A stretch of 64,000 bases of DNA from Promethearchaeota archaeon (GCA_048938895.1 JBHLLU010000002.1:1-64000), one strand, 5' to 3'. Shown: positions 10,332 through 19,881, counted from the stretch's first letter. Made by a program: numbers and translations. The notes: a model not told the origin generated them from the sequence alone.

Positions 10332-10478
10332 CTATAAACCTACGTTTAACTCTCGAGAGTAAATCTCAGTGCCCTCTTCATCAACAACTGTGATGTGAGC
10401 AGCACACGATAGTCAACAGTCAAAACAGCGAACTATCATTTCGAGGACATTTACTACTCCTTCTGGTATATCACTCAT
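10332..10478 (-). CDS. vhuU: Selenoprotein VhuU, C-terminal peptide of the split [NiFeSe] hydrogenase large subunit (48 aa, not in ORF track)
   Basis: MSDIPEGVVNVLEMIVRCFDC-U(TGA 10413-10415)-LSCAAHITVVDEEGTEIYSRELNVGL*; supplies the L2 motif D-x-U-x-x-C-x-x-H missing from the upstream large subunit. Confidence 0.93.
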
Positions 10479-10514
10479 TTTTTTGTTCACTTTTCTCTTT
10501 AATTTTGAATATAT

Positions 10515-11822
10515 TTATTTAATCCATGGGTCTGGTAATTTTAATCCTTCTAAAGCCTTATCTTCAAATACCTGCTTAGCTACGTGCATTAATGTCTTTT
10601 CAATGCCAGCAATATTATGATTAGTCGCAACCAAAAGATTTGCTTTTTTACAAATCCCTTCAGAATCAGACCAAATATTGTACAACAAAATTCCTCTTGG
10701 AGCTTCTGTAAGGCCTACACCATTTCCTTCTCTAGGTTGTACATCAAGAGTTTTACAATCTGGGTTAACAACATCATCATCTTGTAGGAGTGTTGCAATC
10801 ATCTCAACTGACTCTACAAGTTCAATCAATCGAGCCCAATGATATGCAAATGTATGATGAATCACATTAGTACCGACTTTTTCTCGCATTGCTCTTAATG
10901 CCTCATCAGCCAAAGGAGTTGCCATTTTATCAGCACAATTAATCATCGCTAATGTATTTGCTCGATAGATTCCTTCAGGATATCCTGCGGGTTTATAATA
11001 CATGTGGGTTGCATAAGAATGCTTTGGAATATGTTCACCTAAGGCATCTAAATACTTCTGAGGTGGATAATCGAATTTTTCTCCAGTAGGAGATACAATA
11101 CGAATGTCACCATCATAGATATCATGAACACCATTTTTAGTCATCCCTGCATAATATGTAGGAACAACACCAACATTGGCTACAACATCCCAATAATCTT
11201 CTACAACTTTTAAACCGATATCTACTGTTTTCTTTGTCCATTCAACTTGATCTTCAATTTGTTTTAAAAACAAATCTCTAGCACTTTCGTCCATTGGCTT
11301 TTTCATACCCCCAACGATTGCTGATATGGGGTGTACTGATTTTCCACCGATCTCCTGGCATAATTTTTGACCAAAATCCATCATCTTTAATGCCATTGCA
11401 CCAACATCGGGCATTTGATTTATTACATGTACGACATTTCTTAAAGCAGGATCTGCAAAAGGTCCTAATAAGAAATCAGGTGCTGCTAGAGCATAGAAAT
11501 GTAATGCATGTGATGAATATTGTTTTGCGTTCTGTAATAACTGTCTTAACTTGTAAGCCGCTGGAGGAATCTGCACTCCCCAAGCATCTTCTACTGCTTT
11601 AGTAGGTGTTAGATGGTGAGGTATTGGACAAATACCACAAATTCGTGGTGTTATTCTTGGAATATGTTCACAGTAACGTCCCTCAAGGAATTTCTCAAAG
11701 AATCTTGTAGTAGTAATACTAAATTGAATGTCTTGAACTGTTCCATTATCACCAAGTACTACCTTTAATTTATTGTGCCCTTCAAGCCTAGTCACAGGAT
11801 CAACTACTATTTCTTTTGCCAT
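10515..11822 (-). CDS. vhuA: Group 3c [NiFe(Se)] hydrogenase large subunit lacking the L2 motif
   Basis: DPVTRLEGH, L1 PRICGICPIPH, EAPRG, VATNHN; ends without DPCxxC. Confidence 0.93.
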   Translation of the reverse strand: MAKEIVVDPVTRLEGHNKLKVVLGDNGTVQDIQFSITTTRFFEKFLEGRYCEHIPRITPRICGICPIPHHLTPTKAVEDAWGVQIPPAAYKLRQLLQNAKQYSSHALHFYALAAPDFLLGPFADPALRNVVHVINQMPDVGAMALKMMDFGQKLCQEIGGKSVHPISAIVGGMKKPMDESARDLFLKQIEDQVEWTKKTVDIGLKVVEDYWDVVANVGVVPTYYAGMTKNGVHDIYDGDIRIVSPTGEKFDYPPQKYLDALGEHIPKHSYATHMYYKPAGYPEGIYRANTLAMINCADKMATPLADEALRAMREKVGTNVIHHTFAYHWARLIELVESVEMIATLLQDDDVVNPDCKTLDVQPREGNGVGLTEAPRGILLYNIWSDSEGICKKANLLVATNHNIAGIEKTLMHVAKQVFEDKALEGLKLPDPWIK

Positions 11823-11825
11823 TTT

Positions 11826-13148
11826 TTATTCGCCTCCCTTATACTTTTTATTCGATGCTAAGGTGAATTTTTCAAATGTACCCAAATGATCCTTCACCTG
11901 TGCGAGTAATTCTTGTTTAGAAATACTCACATTAAATCCTTTAATTACTGTATCTGCAAATCTTTCTGCTTGATTAACACCCCATTCTGTCTGACCAAAA
12001 CAGCCAGTACATGGAGAATTAACCTTTATACACATACCGCCGCAACCAGCCTGAGTAATAGGCCCTGCACAAATATATCCTTGCTCAATGAAACAATCTT
12101 CCATATTAGGAAGGCCTTCGTAGTCTCGTTTTACTCTAGTCATTGTAGATTTGCTTCCTATTATCCTAGGGCATGTATCACAAACATTTGATATTTCAGT
12201 GAAACCACGATTATCTTTTAGGAACCCCATTAACTTTCCAGCAATTTCCTCTGTTGTGGGAGGGAGATTAGCTAGAGTTGTATTAGGAGAACCATGTCTC
12301 TTAATTTGCTTTAACACATCTCCTGACAAATCAAATCCCGCCATGAGAGGTACGTTTAGAAATAATGGTAGGAATTCATATAAGCTTTTCATATCTCCAG
12401 AATCAAGCTTACTTGGTTTCTTTACCATTTTATTTAGTTTGTCTGCTCTAGAATCGACTGTTTTTGCTGGTCCAAAGCAACCAACACAGGGTTTACCATT
12501 ACTGGTACATTTCAGATTGCAACCAATACTTGTAATTGAACCAAAACACAACTTTCCTCTATCCAATAAACAATTGTCTTTGATAGCACAATCATTGCAG
12601 AATGATAAATCATTCATCGGAAAAGGCTTTTGACCTAATAAGAAAAGTACAGCACTAGCAATTGCTTCCGGTTTTGGTGGGCATCCTGAAAGGTAGGCGT
12701 CAACTTTTATAATTTCATCAACGTTTACAATTTTTTCTTCGAAACCTGGAACATTTATTGTTGGTTCCCCACCTGTATCATCTGCAATACTTTCAACGTT
12801 AGAAAATTTACGCTTTACTAAGTTTTCCAAGCTCCATTGGTTAGCTAATCCATGTACGTTTCCATAACATGCACAGCTACCAAAGGCAATAACTAAGGCG
12901 CATTTTTCCCTAAGTAGTTTTGTTTGAGCAACATCATGTTTGGTCCGTAAGCATCCTTCAACGAAACCTACAAGAATCTCACCGTCTGCTCTTGACTTCA
13001 ATGACTCATATTTAAAATCCGCTACAGCTGGCCAATAGACAATATCCAATGCTGGAAGAACATTAAGCAAGCCTAAATGTAAATTAAGCAAGCTTTGATG
13101 ACATCCCCAGCAATCAGAATTTTGCATGAATGCTACTTTTACAGCCAT
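11826..13148 (-). CDS. vhuG: Group 3c hydrogenase small subunit with duplicated C-terminal Fe-S module
   Basis: CWGC, FGSCACYG, GCPP proximal ligands plus two 8-Cys modules (CNDC...CVGCFG and CDTC...CTGCFG). Confidence 0.9.
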   Translation of the reverse strand: MAVKVAFMQNSDCWGCHQSLLNLHLGLLNVLPALDIVYWPAVADFKYESLKSRADGEILVGFVEGCLRTKHDVAQTKLLREKCALVIAFGSCACYGNVHGLANQWSLENLVKRKFSNVESIADDTGGEPTINVPGFEEKIVNVDEIIKVDAYLSGCPPKPEAIASAVLFLLGQKPFPMNDLSFCNDCAIKDNCLLDRGKLCFGSITSIGCNLKCTSNGKPCVGCFGPAKTVDSRADKLNKMVKKPSKLDSGDMKSLYEFLPLFLNVPLMAGFDLSGDVLKQIKRHGSPNTTLANLPPTTEEIAGKLMGFLKDNRGFTEISNVCDTCPRIIGSKSTMTRVKRDYEGLPNMEDCFIEQGYICAGPITQAGCGGMCIKVNSPCTGCFGQTEWGVNQAERFADTVIKGFNVSISKQELLAQVKDHLGTFEKFTLASNKKYKGGE

Positions 13149-13300
13149 TTTCTTTCAATTTTTTATTTTTTTTTTTATTTGTTAAATTAGCTAATTTGTA
13201 ATAAAAAAATTAGTTGAGATAGTGTATTCATAACTTTATTAAAAGCTTCTGATTCATTTAAGTCCTATTTAAGGGATTTTTCTCATATATTTTGAATAAA

Positions 13301-13362
13301 TATTCAGAAAGTACAATTAGTTTATATTTGTTATTCAGAAAGAACAATTAGTTTATATTTGT
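13301..13362. repeat. 31-bp tandem duplication upstream of vhuG
   Basis: tattcagaaag(t/a)acaattagtttatatttgt x2, one mismatch (13301-13331, 13332-13362). Confidence 0.9.
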
Positions 13363-13471
13363 ATAAAAAAACATGGATTATGTACTAGCTTTAAATGTAT
13401 TAACAACTAGATTTTGTAATTATATTGAATAATTATTCAAAAAATCAATTAGAAATTAAAAAATAAAAACG

Positions 13472-14035
13472 TTAAAAATTGCCACAACCCATACATTTTC
13501 CATCTAGATATGCAGCACATTTTTTGCAAACATTTTTACAATCATTTTCATGACTTTCTTGGCTATATAGATTAATTGGAATATATTTTGGCAAAATAAG
13601 ATTAGATACAAAAATTGAAGCAGAGTGCAGAATTCCCTTTTTATTCGTAGGACCACAATGATTTAGATATCGGTGTAATACATCAACATTTTGTCCTATA
13701 ATTCCTAATATAAGGTTGTATTGACCCGTTAATTGGGCTAATAAAAATACTCTTGGACAGTTTTGATATGCCTTAATAATATTTTGAACTTCGTCAAAGT
13801 TACTCATTTCCATTAATAGAAAGAGGGCTTTATAATTGAGTTTATTGACATTTGTATTAGCTTGAACTTTAAGAATTTCTGAATCTTCAAGCTTAGTAAT
13901 TCTTTTTGCTATTCCAGTATGACTCATCGTTTCATTTCTAGATTTAAATACCATCTTTTCAAGGTTTGTTAAACTCTCGCGACCATTTTTAAAAAGTAGC
14001 TCAATAATTTGACGATCTATATTATCTATTTCCAT
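13472..14035 (-). CDS. Lrp/AsnC family regulator with Cys-rich C-terminal tail
   Basis: IDNIDRQIIELL..NGRES HTH, TGQYNL RAM-domain motif, tail CKNVCKKC-x6-CMGC. Confidence 0.88.
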   Translation of the reverse strand: MEIDNIDRQIIELLFKNGRESLTNLEKMVFKSRNETMSHTGIAKRITKLEDSEILKVQANTNVNKLNYKALFLLMEMSNFDEVQNIIKAYQNCPRVFLLAQLTGQYNLILGIIGQNVDVLHRYLNHCGPTNKKGILHSASIFVSNLILPKYIPINLYSQESHENDCKNVCKKCAAYLDGKCMGCGNF

Positions 14036-14132
14036 GATCTCTTACAAAAATTATCTCTATTATAGCCTTGAATTTAAAATTTTAAAAGATATTGGTTATA
14101 ATCTTTAATATTTCTGTATATTTAATGATTTA

Positions 14133-14314
14133 AGTTATTAATTGAAACTGATCCCACTCAAATTCTAAACACTAAATACAAATTTTTGTGTTATAAATTC
14201 AAAAATAAACTAATATAAGAAGACTTTTATTTTATGAGAGCTTTCAAATTGAAACTTTAGTATCGGTATTGTTTCAAAAATAAAATCATAATATAAAAGG
14301 CTGTTTAAATTACC
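14133..14314. promoter_or_regulatory. Operator-like 17-bp semi-palindromes between the divergent lrp genes
   Basis: AGTTATTAATTGAAACT (14133), GCTTTCAAATTGAAACT (14240), weaker copies at 14270 and 14302. Confidence 0.55.
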
Positions 14315-14370
14315 TCCAACAGTAGTTTAAATGAGCCTTTTTATAAATGAGATATTCTTGTAACATTATT

Positions 14371-14934
14371 ATGCCTCTTGATAAGATTGATAAACAGATA
14401 ATTAGAAAATTATATGAAAATGGTCGAGAAAGTTTAAGTTCATTAAGTAAAATTATTACAAAATCAGATCAAGATAAAATGAGCCATGCGGGAATCGGCA
14501 AGAGGATTTCAAAATTAGAAGAATTAAATGTTCTTAAAATTCAAGCTAATTTAAATATTCGCGAGTTAAGCTATAAAATTGCATTTATTCTAATGGAGAT
14601 GGAGAACTACGAAAGAGTGAAAGGTATAATAAATGCATATTCCGATTGCCCACGCGTATTTTTATTAGCTCATGTTTCAGGACAATATAACTTAATCATT
14701 GGAATAGTTGGTCAAAATATGGAAGTCATACATAGATATGTTAATTATTGCGGTCCCACGAATAAAAAAGGTGTTTTACACTCTGCAGTTATTTTTGTAT
14801 CTGAACTTATAGTTCCAAATTTTCTTCCTTTAAATTTATTTAGCGGTACTAGTATGGAAGATAAATGTGGGAATGTATGTAAAACCTGCGAAGCGTTACT
14901 TGATGGGAAATGTAAGGGTTGCGGTGATTTTTAA
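14371..14934 (+). CDS. Lrp/AsnC family regulator with Cys-rich C-terminal tail (paralog of 13472-14035)
   Basis: MPLDKIDKQIIRKLYENGRES, CPRVFLLA, CGPTNKKG.LHSA shared with the paralog; tail CGNVCKTC-x6-CKGC. Confidence 0.88.
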   Translation: MPLDKIDKQIIRKLYENGRESLSSLSKIITKSDQDKMSHAGIGKRISKLEELNVLKIQANLNIRELSYKIAFILMEMENYERVKGIINAYSDCPRVFLLAHVSGQYNLIIGIVGQNMEVIHRYVNYCGPTNKKGVLHSAVIFVSELIVPNFLPLNLFSGTSMEDKCGNVCKTCEALLDGKCKGCGDF

Positions 14935-14989
14935 CATTAAAATGATTATATCCTTAACTGAAAAGATTCTTTGAACGGATTTAGACGAT

Positions 14990-17263
14990 TTATCTTTCGA
15001 ACGTTAAGTTTCTGTTAATTATTGGATAATCAAACACTATATTAGGTATATCATCATTATTAATTGAATCAAAAATTTCTTCTGAATTTCCTAAATAATC
15101 AGAGTTTACCTTATCTTTTAGCACAAATTTACTACTTAATATAGGATATTCAAAAATAGAATCAATATTATTTAAGTTAAACGATAAGTCTTTTAGATTT
15201 TGTAGATTTTTGATAGATCTTGGTAGGGAAAAAATTCGATTGTTATCCAAATTTAACTTTTCAAGTAAAAAGAGTTTTCCCATTGAATCGGGTAAATAAT
15301 ATAAATTATTCCCATTTAACCATAATTTTTTAAGAGATTTCAAGGTATTAATAGACTCAGGAAGATATTCAATTGCATTACCGCTAAGATTTAGTGTTTC
15401 AAGTAAAATAAGAGTACATAGAGAATTTGGTAGTAATCTTAAATTGTTATCACTCACCTTTAATGTCTTTAGAGATTTTAGATTTCCTATTGATCCTGGG
15501 AGGAACTCGATCTTATTAAAGGAAATTTCTAAATATTCAAGATTGGAAAGATTACAGATTGATTTATGCAGACTAACTAAATGATTACTAGTTAAATTTA
15601 GGTATTTAAGTGAGGTAAGAGAACCGATAGAAGAAGGTAATTTTTCGAGTTTATTCCATCCTACTTTCAAAATTTTTAAAAATTTGAGTTGTTCTATAGA
15701 TTGAGGCAAATATGAAAGGTTATTATCTTCAACTTCTAAGTTTTTAAGTTTTGAGAGAGAATTAATTGTATTGGGGAGTTCCCTTAAATTATTATTAGAC
15801 AATTTAAGACTTTCAAGTGAAGACAATAATCCGAGTGCTTTTGGCAATGATTTTAAATTATTTGAATTCAAATTTAAGAATTTGAGAGATTTAAGTGATC
15901 CTATTGAGGATGGAAGCAAACTTAAATTATTTCTTCCTAAATTTAAACTTTTTAGTGAATATAGATAACCAATTGATCGTGGGAGTTTCTTGAGCTTGTT
16001 GGATTTTAAATTTAAATCTTGCAGAGAATTTAAATTCCCCAGCATTGAGGGTAATGTTTCTATTTGGTTATCACTCAAATTTAAGATTTTTAAAAATTTT
16101 AATTGAGAAATGGATTTGGGGATTATTTTTAGGTTATTTCCCTCTAAATCAAGAATTTCTAAATTAGTTAACGATGCCAAGCATTCAGGGATGCTATATA
16201 TCTTGCATCTTTTTAAAACTAAAGATTGAAGTGATTTAAAATAAGTATAATATTCAGGGATTGTTATTAATGAAATATCTTCTATTTTAAGGTTATAAAG
16301 CTCATTGTCTTTTATTTCATATTCTAATGAGGAATATCTACTCTTTATGAAGAGCATAATAAGAAAATTTCTAAGGATGTCTGATAATTTCGAGAGAGAG
16401 AGATTTTCAAGTTTAGATTTACTTTTTAAGTTAAATTTATGAACAAAATTGACATTCTCATTATCCAGATTGTTTAATTGTGAAATTATAATACTTTTTG
16501 CATTTGAGTTTATTAACCCCTCTATACCTTGAATTAAAGCAATTGAATTCATGAACGTCAATTCATTTTGGAAAACCCAGCTCGTGGGAAAGAACTTTAC
16601 CTTTTTAAGATGATTTAAATAGGATAATCCTAGTAATTCAGTATTATCTTGTAATTCACACTTATCTCTCCAATAAATTGTATTTTTTTCAACTTTAGAG
16701 AAATCTAATTCAGTAACATATCCCCCTTCAAACTTATATTCGAGTTTATCAAATTTTTTTTTTAAAAATTTTAAAGTTTTGAAATTGATCAGAATATCAA
16801 CCAATGTTTTATGTGGTATTTCATCATAATCCTTTTGAAATAATGGAACATTCCAAAATCCTTTAAATTCAACCTTTTTTATTTCTTTCAACAGAATGGT
16901 ATCTAATCGTTCATCTTTAATCTCTTTGAAAGATTCGAGAATAATCATTAAACAATTATAGTAAGATTCATGTTGTAGCGACCAAAGAAAAGGATCTAAG
17001 GCTTTGTTTAAAAATTTGGATTTAATTATTTTAGCAGCAGCATATCTCAAATTTTCATTTTCATCGGAAATGAGTATGTTTTCTAGTATTTTAAATACTT
17101 TAGTATGTTTTAAATCAAATTCATATAAAATTTCGACAGCATCTTTCCTCAACTCATCATCTTCGATATTTTCAAGTTGAGATAGTAATAGTTTAATTGT
17201 TTCTTTTTTGTTAATAATCTTGTGTCTAAATTTCTCATATATTTCTCTTGGTGTATAAAACAT
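14990..17263 (-). CDS. HEAT-repeat plus leucine-rich-repeat protein
   Basis: N-terminal ENLRYAAAKII HEAT, then about 15 regular 23-aa LxxLxLxxNxLxxLPxSIGxLxx repeats. Confidence 0.92.
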   Translation of the reverse strand: MFYTPREIYEKFRHKIINKKETIKLLLSQLENIEDDELRKDAVEILYEFDLKHTKVFKILENILISDENENLRYAAAKIIKSKFLNKALDPFLWSLQHESYYNCLMIILESFKEIKDERLDTILLKEIKKVEFKGFWNVPLFQKDYDEIPHKTLVDILINFKTLKFLKKKFDKLEYKFEGGYVTELDFSKVEKNTIYWRDKCELQDNTELLGLSYLNHLKKVKFFPTSWVFQNELTFMNSIALIQGIEGLINSNAKSIIISQLNNLDNENVNFVHKFNLKSKSKLENLSLSKLSDILRNFLIMLFIKSRYSSLEYEIKDNELYNLKIEDISLITIPEYYTYFKSLQSLVLKRCKIYSIPECLASLTNLEILDLEGNNLKIIPKSISQLKFLKILNLSDNQIETLPSMLGNLNSLQDLNLKSNKLKKLPRSIGYLYSLKSLNLGRNNLSLLPSSIGSLKSLKFLNLNSNNLKSLPKALGLLSSLESLKLSNNNLRELPNTINSLSKLKNLEVEDNNLSYLPQSIEQLKFLKILKVGWNKLEKLPSSIGSLTSLKYLNLTSNHLVSLHKSICNLSNLEYLEISFNKIEFLPGSIGNLKSLKTLKVSDNNLRLLPNSLCTLILLETLNLSGNAIEYLPESINTLKSLKKLWLNGNNLYYLPDSMGKLFLLEKLNLDNNRIFSLPRSIKNLQNLKDLSFNLNNIDSIFEYPILSSKFVLKDKVNSDYLGNSEEIFDSINNDDIPNIVFDYPIINRNLTFER

Positions 17264-17377
17264 AATTTCAAAATCCTTTCTTTAAATCAAATAAAATTTA
17301 TGAAATCTAAAAAAAATTTAAATTATTTTAGGGTAATACCAATTATTCCATTTTCTTTAAAGATATTGATTAATAGC

Positions 17378-17572
17378 TTATCCCAATTCCACGTTAATTA
17401 TTTTCTTAGCTAACTCCTTTCCCTTACTATTTGTTATAGCAAAATTTAACCGAGGAGTACCAGCCAACATTAAATTAAAATATTGACTAATATTTTCCTT
17501 ACCTTCTACATCGATTTCTGGAATAGCTATTAATTCTTCATGTTTTTCTTTAATTAATACAGATTCAACCAT
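17378..17572 (-). CDS. Small hypothetical protein
   Basis: 64-aa ATG ORF with TATA-like TTTATATA upstream on the minus strand. Confidence 0.55.
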   Translation of the reverse strand: MVESVLIKEKHEELIAIPEIDVEGKENISQYFNLMLAGTPRLNFAITNSKGKELAKKIINVELG

Positions 17573-17658
17573 TTATTTTCAGCTTTTTATTTTTAATTTA
17601 CTTAAATAAAATTTACTCAAAGTTAAAATCTGAATATTTATATATAAATTTATCGCTT

Positions 17659-17961
17659 TTAGGTTAATTTAAACACCAGGATTAAGTATAGTTTAAATTT
17701 GCTACAATTTTTCAAGTTAAAGTTTCAGTTTGAAAAAAGATAATTTTTCTATTTCGTTATTTTTCGAGCAGTGATGATCCATTTTAGACATCTAGCAAGA
17801 TTATTTGATCATTTTGAACAATTTTTTCTAATTATGTTAATTGTTTTTCTTATATATTATAAATTATATAATATCTTTTTAATAGGGTATATGAAAAATG
17901 TCTGTTGCATAGTAGGTTCATATTGAAACTTTTAAGTAATATAAGGTCAGAAATTAAAACT
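17659..17961. promoter_or_regulatory. Phased operator-like sites in the divergent intergenic region
   Basis: AGTTTCAGTTTGAAAAA (17721) with weaker copies at 17690 and 17659; AGGTTCATATTGAAACT (17914) with a weaker copy at 17945; 31-bp spacing. Confidence 0.5.
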
Positions 17962-18076
17962 GTATTTAATTAGAATGTTTAAAATGGTCACATTCCAAAA
18001 GAATTATAAAACACTCATTATTTTGATAAACCAAAACACTTTTTAATAGATTTTTACTATTTGGAGAATTATAATT

Positions 18077-18334
18077 TTGATTGTAGATAGTATCTTTTCA
18101 GTGCAGGATTATTCAATCCATGAAAAATTAGTTTCATTACCACCCTCGGGAAAATTCATATTATACCTCTTAAAACGGTTAGGACCATTAACTCAAAAAG
18201 ATATCATTAAAAAAACTCTACTCTCCAAGAGGACCGTTGTTTATTCTCTTAAAAAATTACAGGAGGAAAATTTTATAAAAAAATTTTCTAACAATAAAGA
18301 TAAGAGATTACGATTCTACGAAAGTATTGTTTAA
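18077..18334 (+). CDS. Small MarR-like winged-HTH regulator
   Basis: LPPSGKFILYLLKRLGPLTQKDII..T.LSKRTVVYSLKKL...DKRLRFY. Confidence 0.85.
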   Translation: MIVDSIFSVQDYSIHEKLVSLPPSGKFILYLLKRLGPLTQKDIIKKTLLSKRTVVYSLKKLQEENFIKKFSNNKDKRLRFYESIV

Positions 18335-18391
18335 ATGTGAATAAAAAAAATATTTATTGAAATTACAAATTTGTATAACTTCTTTTTTTTT

Positions 18392-18465
18392 GGTTTCAGA
18401 TTTAAACAATTTAAGAAATATTGTTAGAGATTGAAACTACAAGCACTTTGGTTGTTTAAATTACC
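18392..18465. promoter_or_regulatory. Phased operator-like sites upstream of the exported-protein/ccm operon
   Basis: GGTTTCAGATTTAAACA (18392), TGTTAGAGATTGAAACT (18422), TGTTTAAATTACC (18453, identical to 14302). Confidence 0.55.
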
Positions 18466-18557
18466 CTATTTAAGTAATACTTATAAAATAAGTTATTTTT
18501 TTTAAAGTTAAAACAATTTACTTAAAAAAATCAAAATATACAAAAGTGAGATAAAGA

Positions 18558-19214
18558 GTGAAAAAAAAATTTTTACGATTGTCCATTATACTATTCTTTG
18601 TTTTAGCTATTGTAGGTACTGTTAGTGCATGGCCTGGTTATCTGATAGAATGGGAAGAAACTGATCATGGCTCATGTCATGCTGGAACCTATACTGAATC
18701 TTCCGGTACATTGTCTGCAACTGTTTCACCTGCGAATGCCACAACAGCAGTAGTTGATCCTGGAACCCGATTCAATGTAACACTTGATATAACAGGATTT
18801 ACCGACGCAGCAAATAAGCATGTATTGGTTGGTATTTCTGGTCAGCTTGGTGATAATCATAATTTCTTTTTTGGTACTCATGATTATATGGGAGAGCTTC
18901 AAGCAACTGCATTTGAGGTTGGATTAGACGCTTCTGGGAATGCTAATAATACGGTAACTCTTATTGTATACGCTCCAACGAAAGGAGGCAAACATACTTT
19001 AACAATTGTTGCAGTTGAAGGTGGTGAATCGTTTGGTACTGTTCAGTCATTTAACTATCTTAAAACCGAAATAACAGTTACTGTTAAATCTACGGCTGGC
19101 GGAGATATTCCTGGTTTTGAATTAATTTTTATCTTTGGATCTGGACTTCTTACTCTAATTCCCCTAATTCTAATTATACTCCGTAAAAGAAAAAGATTAC
19201 GAGGTGTTGACTAA
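18558..19214 (+). CDS. Exported beta-rich surface protein with HGSCH single-Cys motif and PGF/Loki-CTERM-like anchor; candidate non-canonical c-type cytochrome
   Basis: Signal peptide (..VSA|WPG), HGSCH at 18666-18680 holds the only Cys, C-terminal IPGF-TM-RKRKR. Confidence 0.8.
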   Translation: MKKKFLRLSIILFFVLAIVGTVSAWPGYLIEWEETDHGSCHAGTYTESSGTLSATVSPANATTAVVDPGTRFNVTLDITGFTDAANKHVLVGISGQLGDNHNFFFGTHDYMGELQATAFEVGLDASGNANNTVTLIVYAPTKGGKHTLTIVAVEGGESFGTVQSFNYLKTEITVTVKSTAGGDIPGFELIFIFGSGLLTLIPLILIILRKRKRLRGVD

Positions 19215-19215
19215 A

Positions 19216-19881
19216 ATGAAAAAGAACAAAATCTTTGTCCTAATAATAATGGTTTCTATGGTTATGGGAGTAGTAGGTATAAGCTTAGCACATCCTACTG
19301 AAATTTTGAATTATTCAGGTGGTACACATTCAGGATGTCATGGTTCTAGTGGTGCAGCCTCATCAGGGACTTTTACTGTCTCAACATCAACTTCTGGAAG
19401 AGTAATTACCTTAACAGCCTCAATACAAGGATTTACCGATGCCCTTGAATCTAATAATAATAGATCAGGAACTTTTAGTATTGGTATCCCTTACGCCCTT
19501 GGAGATAATAAAGAATTTGGTTTAGGAATTACCCAAAACACGGTAAATGGTGAAACCAATTATTGGGGAGTAGGAATATGGGAAGTTGAATTGGACGGAA
19601 ACGGAAATACTGTTAATCCCTTGAAATTTAGAGTTTTAGCTCCTGACACTGATGGATCTTATCAATTACTTGTTGCTGTTATTAATGCTGCGAATACTAC
19701 TGGAGATGAGCAAAGCATCATTTATTATCATAAAACAGTGATGGTAACTGTAACTTCAGGTTCTATTACCATTGCCTCATTAACGACTGCTATTCCATTC
19801 AATAGTGTGTTTTTATATATTGCCTGTGGAATTGTAGCATCAGGAGCAATTATTCTATTGATCAAAAGGAAAAGGAAATAA
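19216..19881 (+). CDS. Paralogous exported protein with HSGCH motif and C-terminal TM anchor
   Basis: GAGGTG SD, ATG 19216; signal peptide (..SLA|HPT), HSGCH at 19327-19341, LGDNxxF shared with the upstream paralog, IPF-TM-KRKRK. Confidence 0.8.
   Translation: MKKNKIFVLIIMVSMVMGVVGISLAHPTEILNYSGGTHSGCHGSSGAASSGTFTVSTSTSGRVITLTASIQGFTDALESNNNRSGTFSIGIPYALGDNKEFGLGITQNTVNGETNYWGVGIWEVELDGNGNTVNPLKFRVLAPDTDGSYQLLVAVINAANTTGDEQSIIYYHKTVMVTVTSGSITIASLTTAIPFNSVFLYIACGIVASGAIILLIKRKRK

Noticed and set aside
13097-13111. CWGCH in VhuG matches CxxCH
   Set aside because: It is the CxxC proximal Fe-S ligand pair of a cytoplasmic hydrogenase small subunit with no signal peptide, so not a Ccm substrate
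13301-13362. Possible mini-CRISPR
   Set aside because: Two adjacent copies with no spacer and no cas genes
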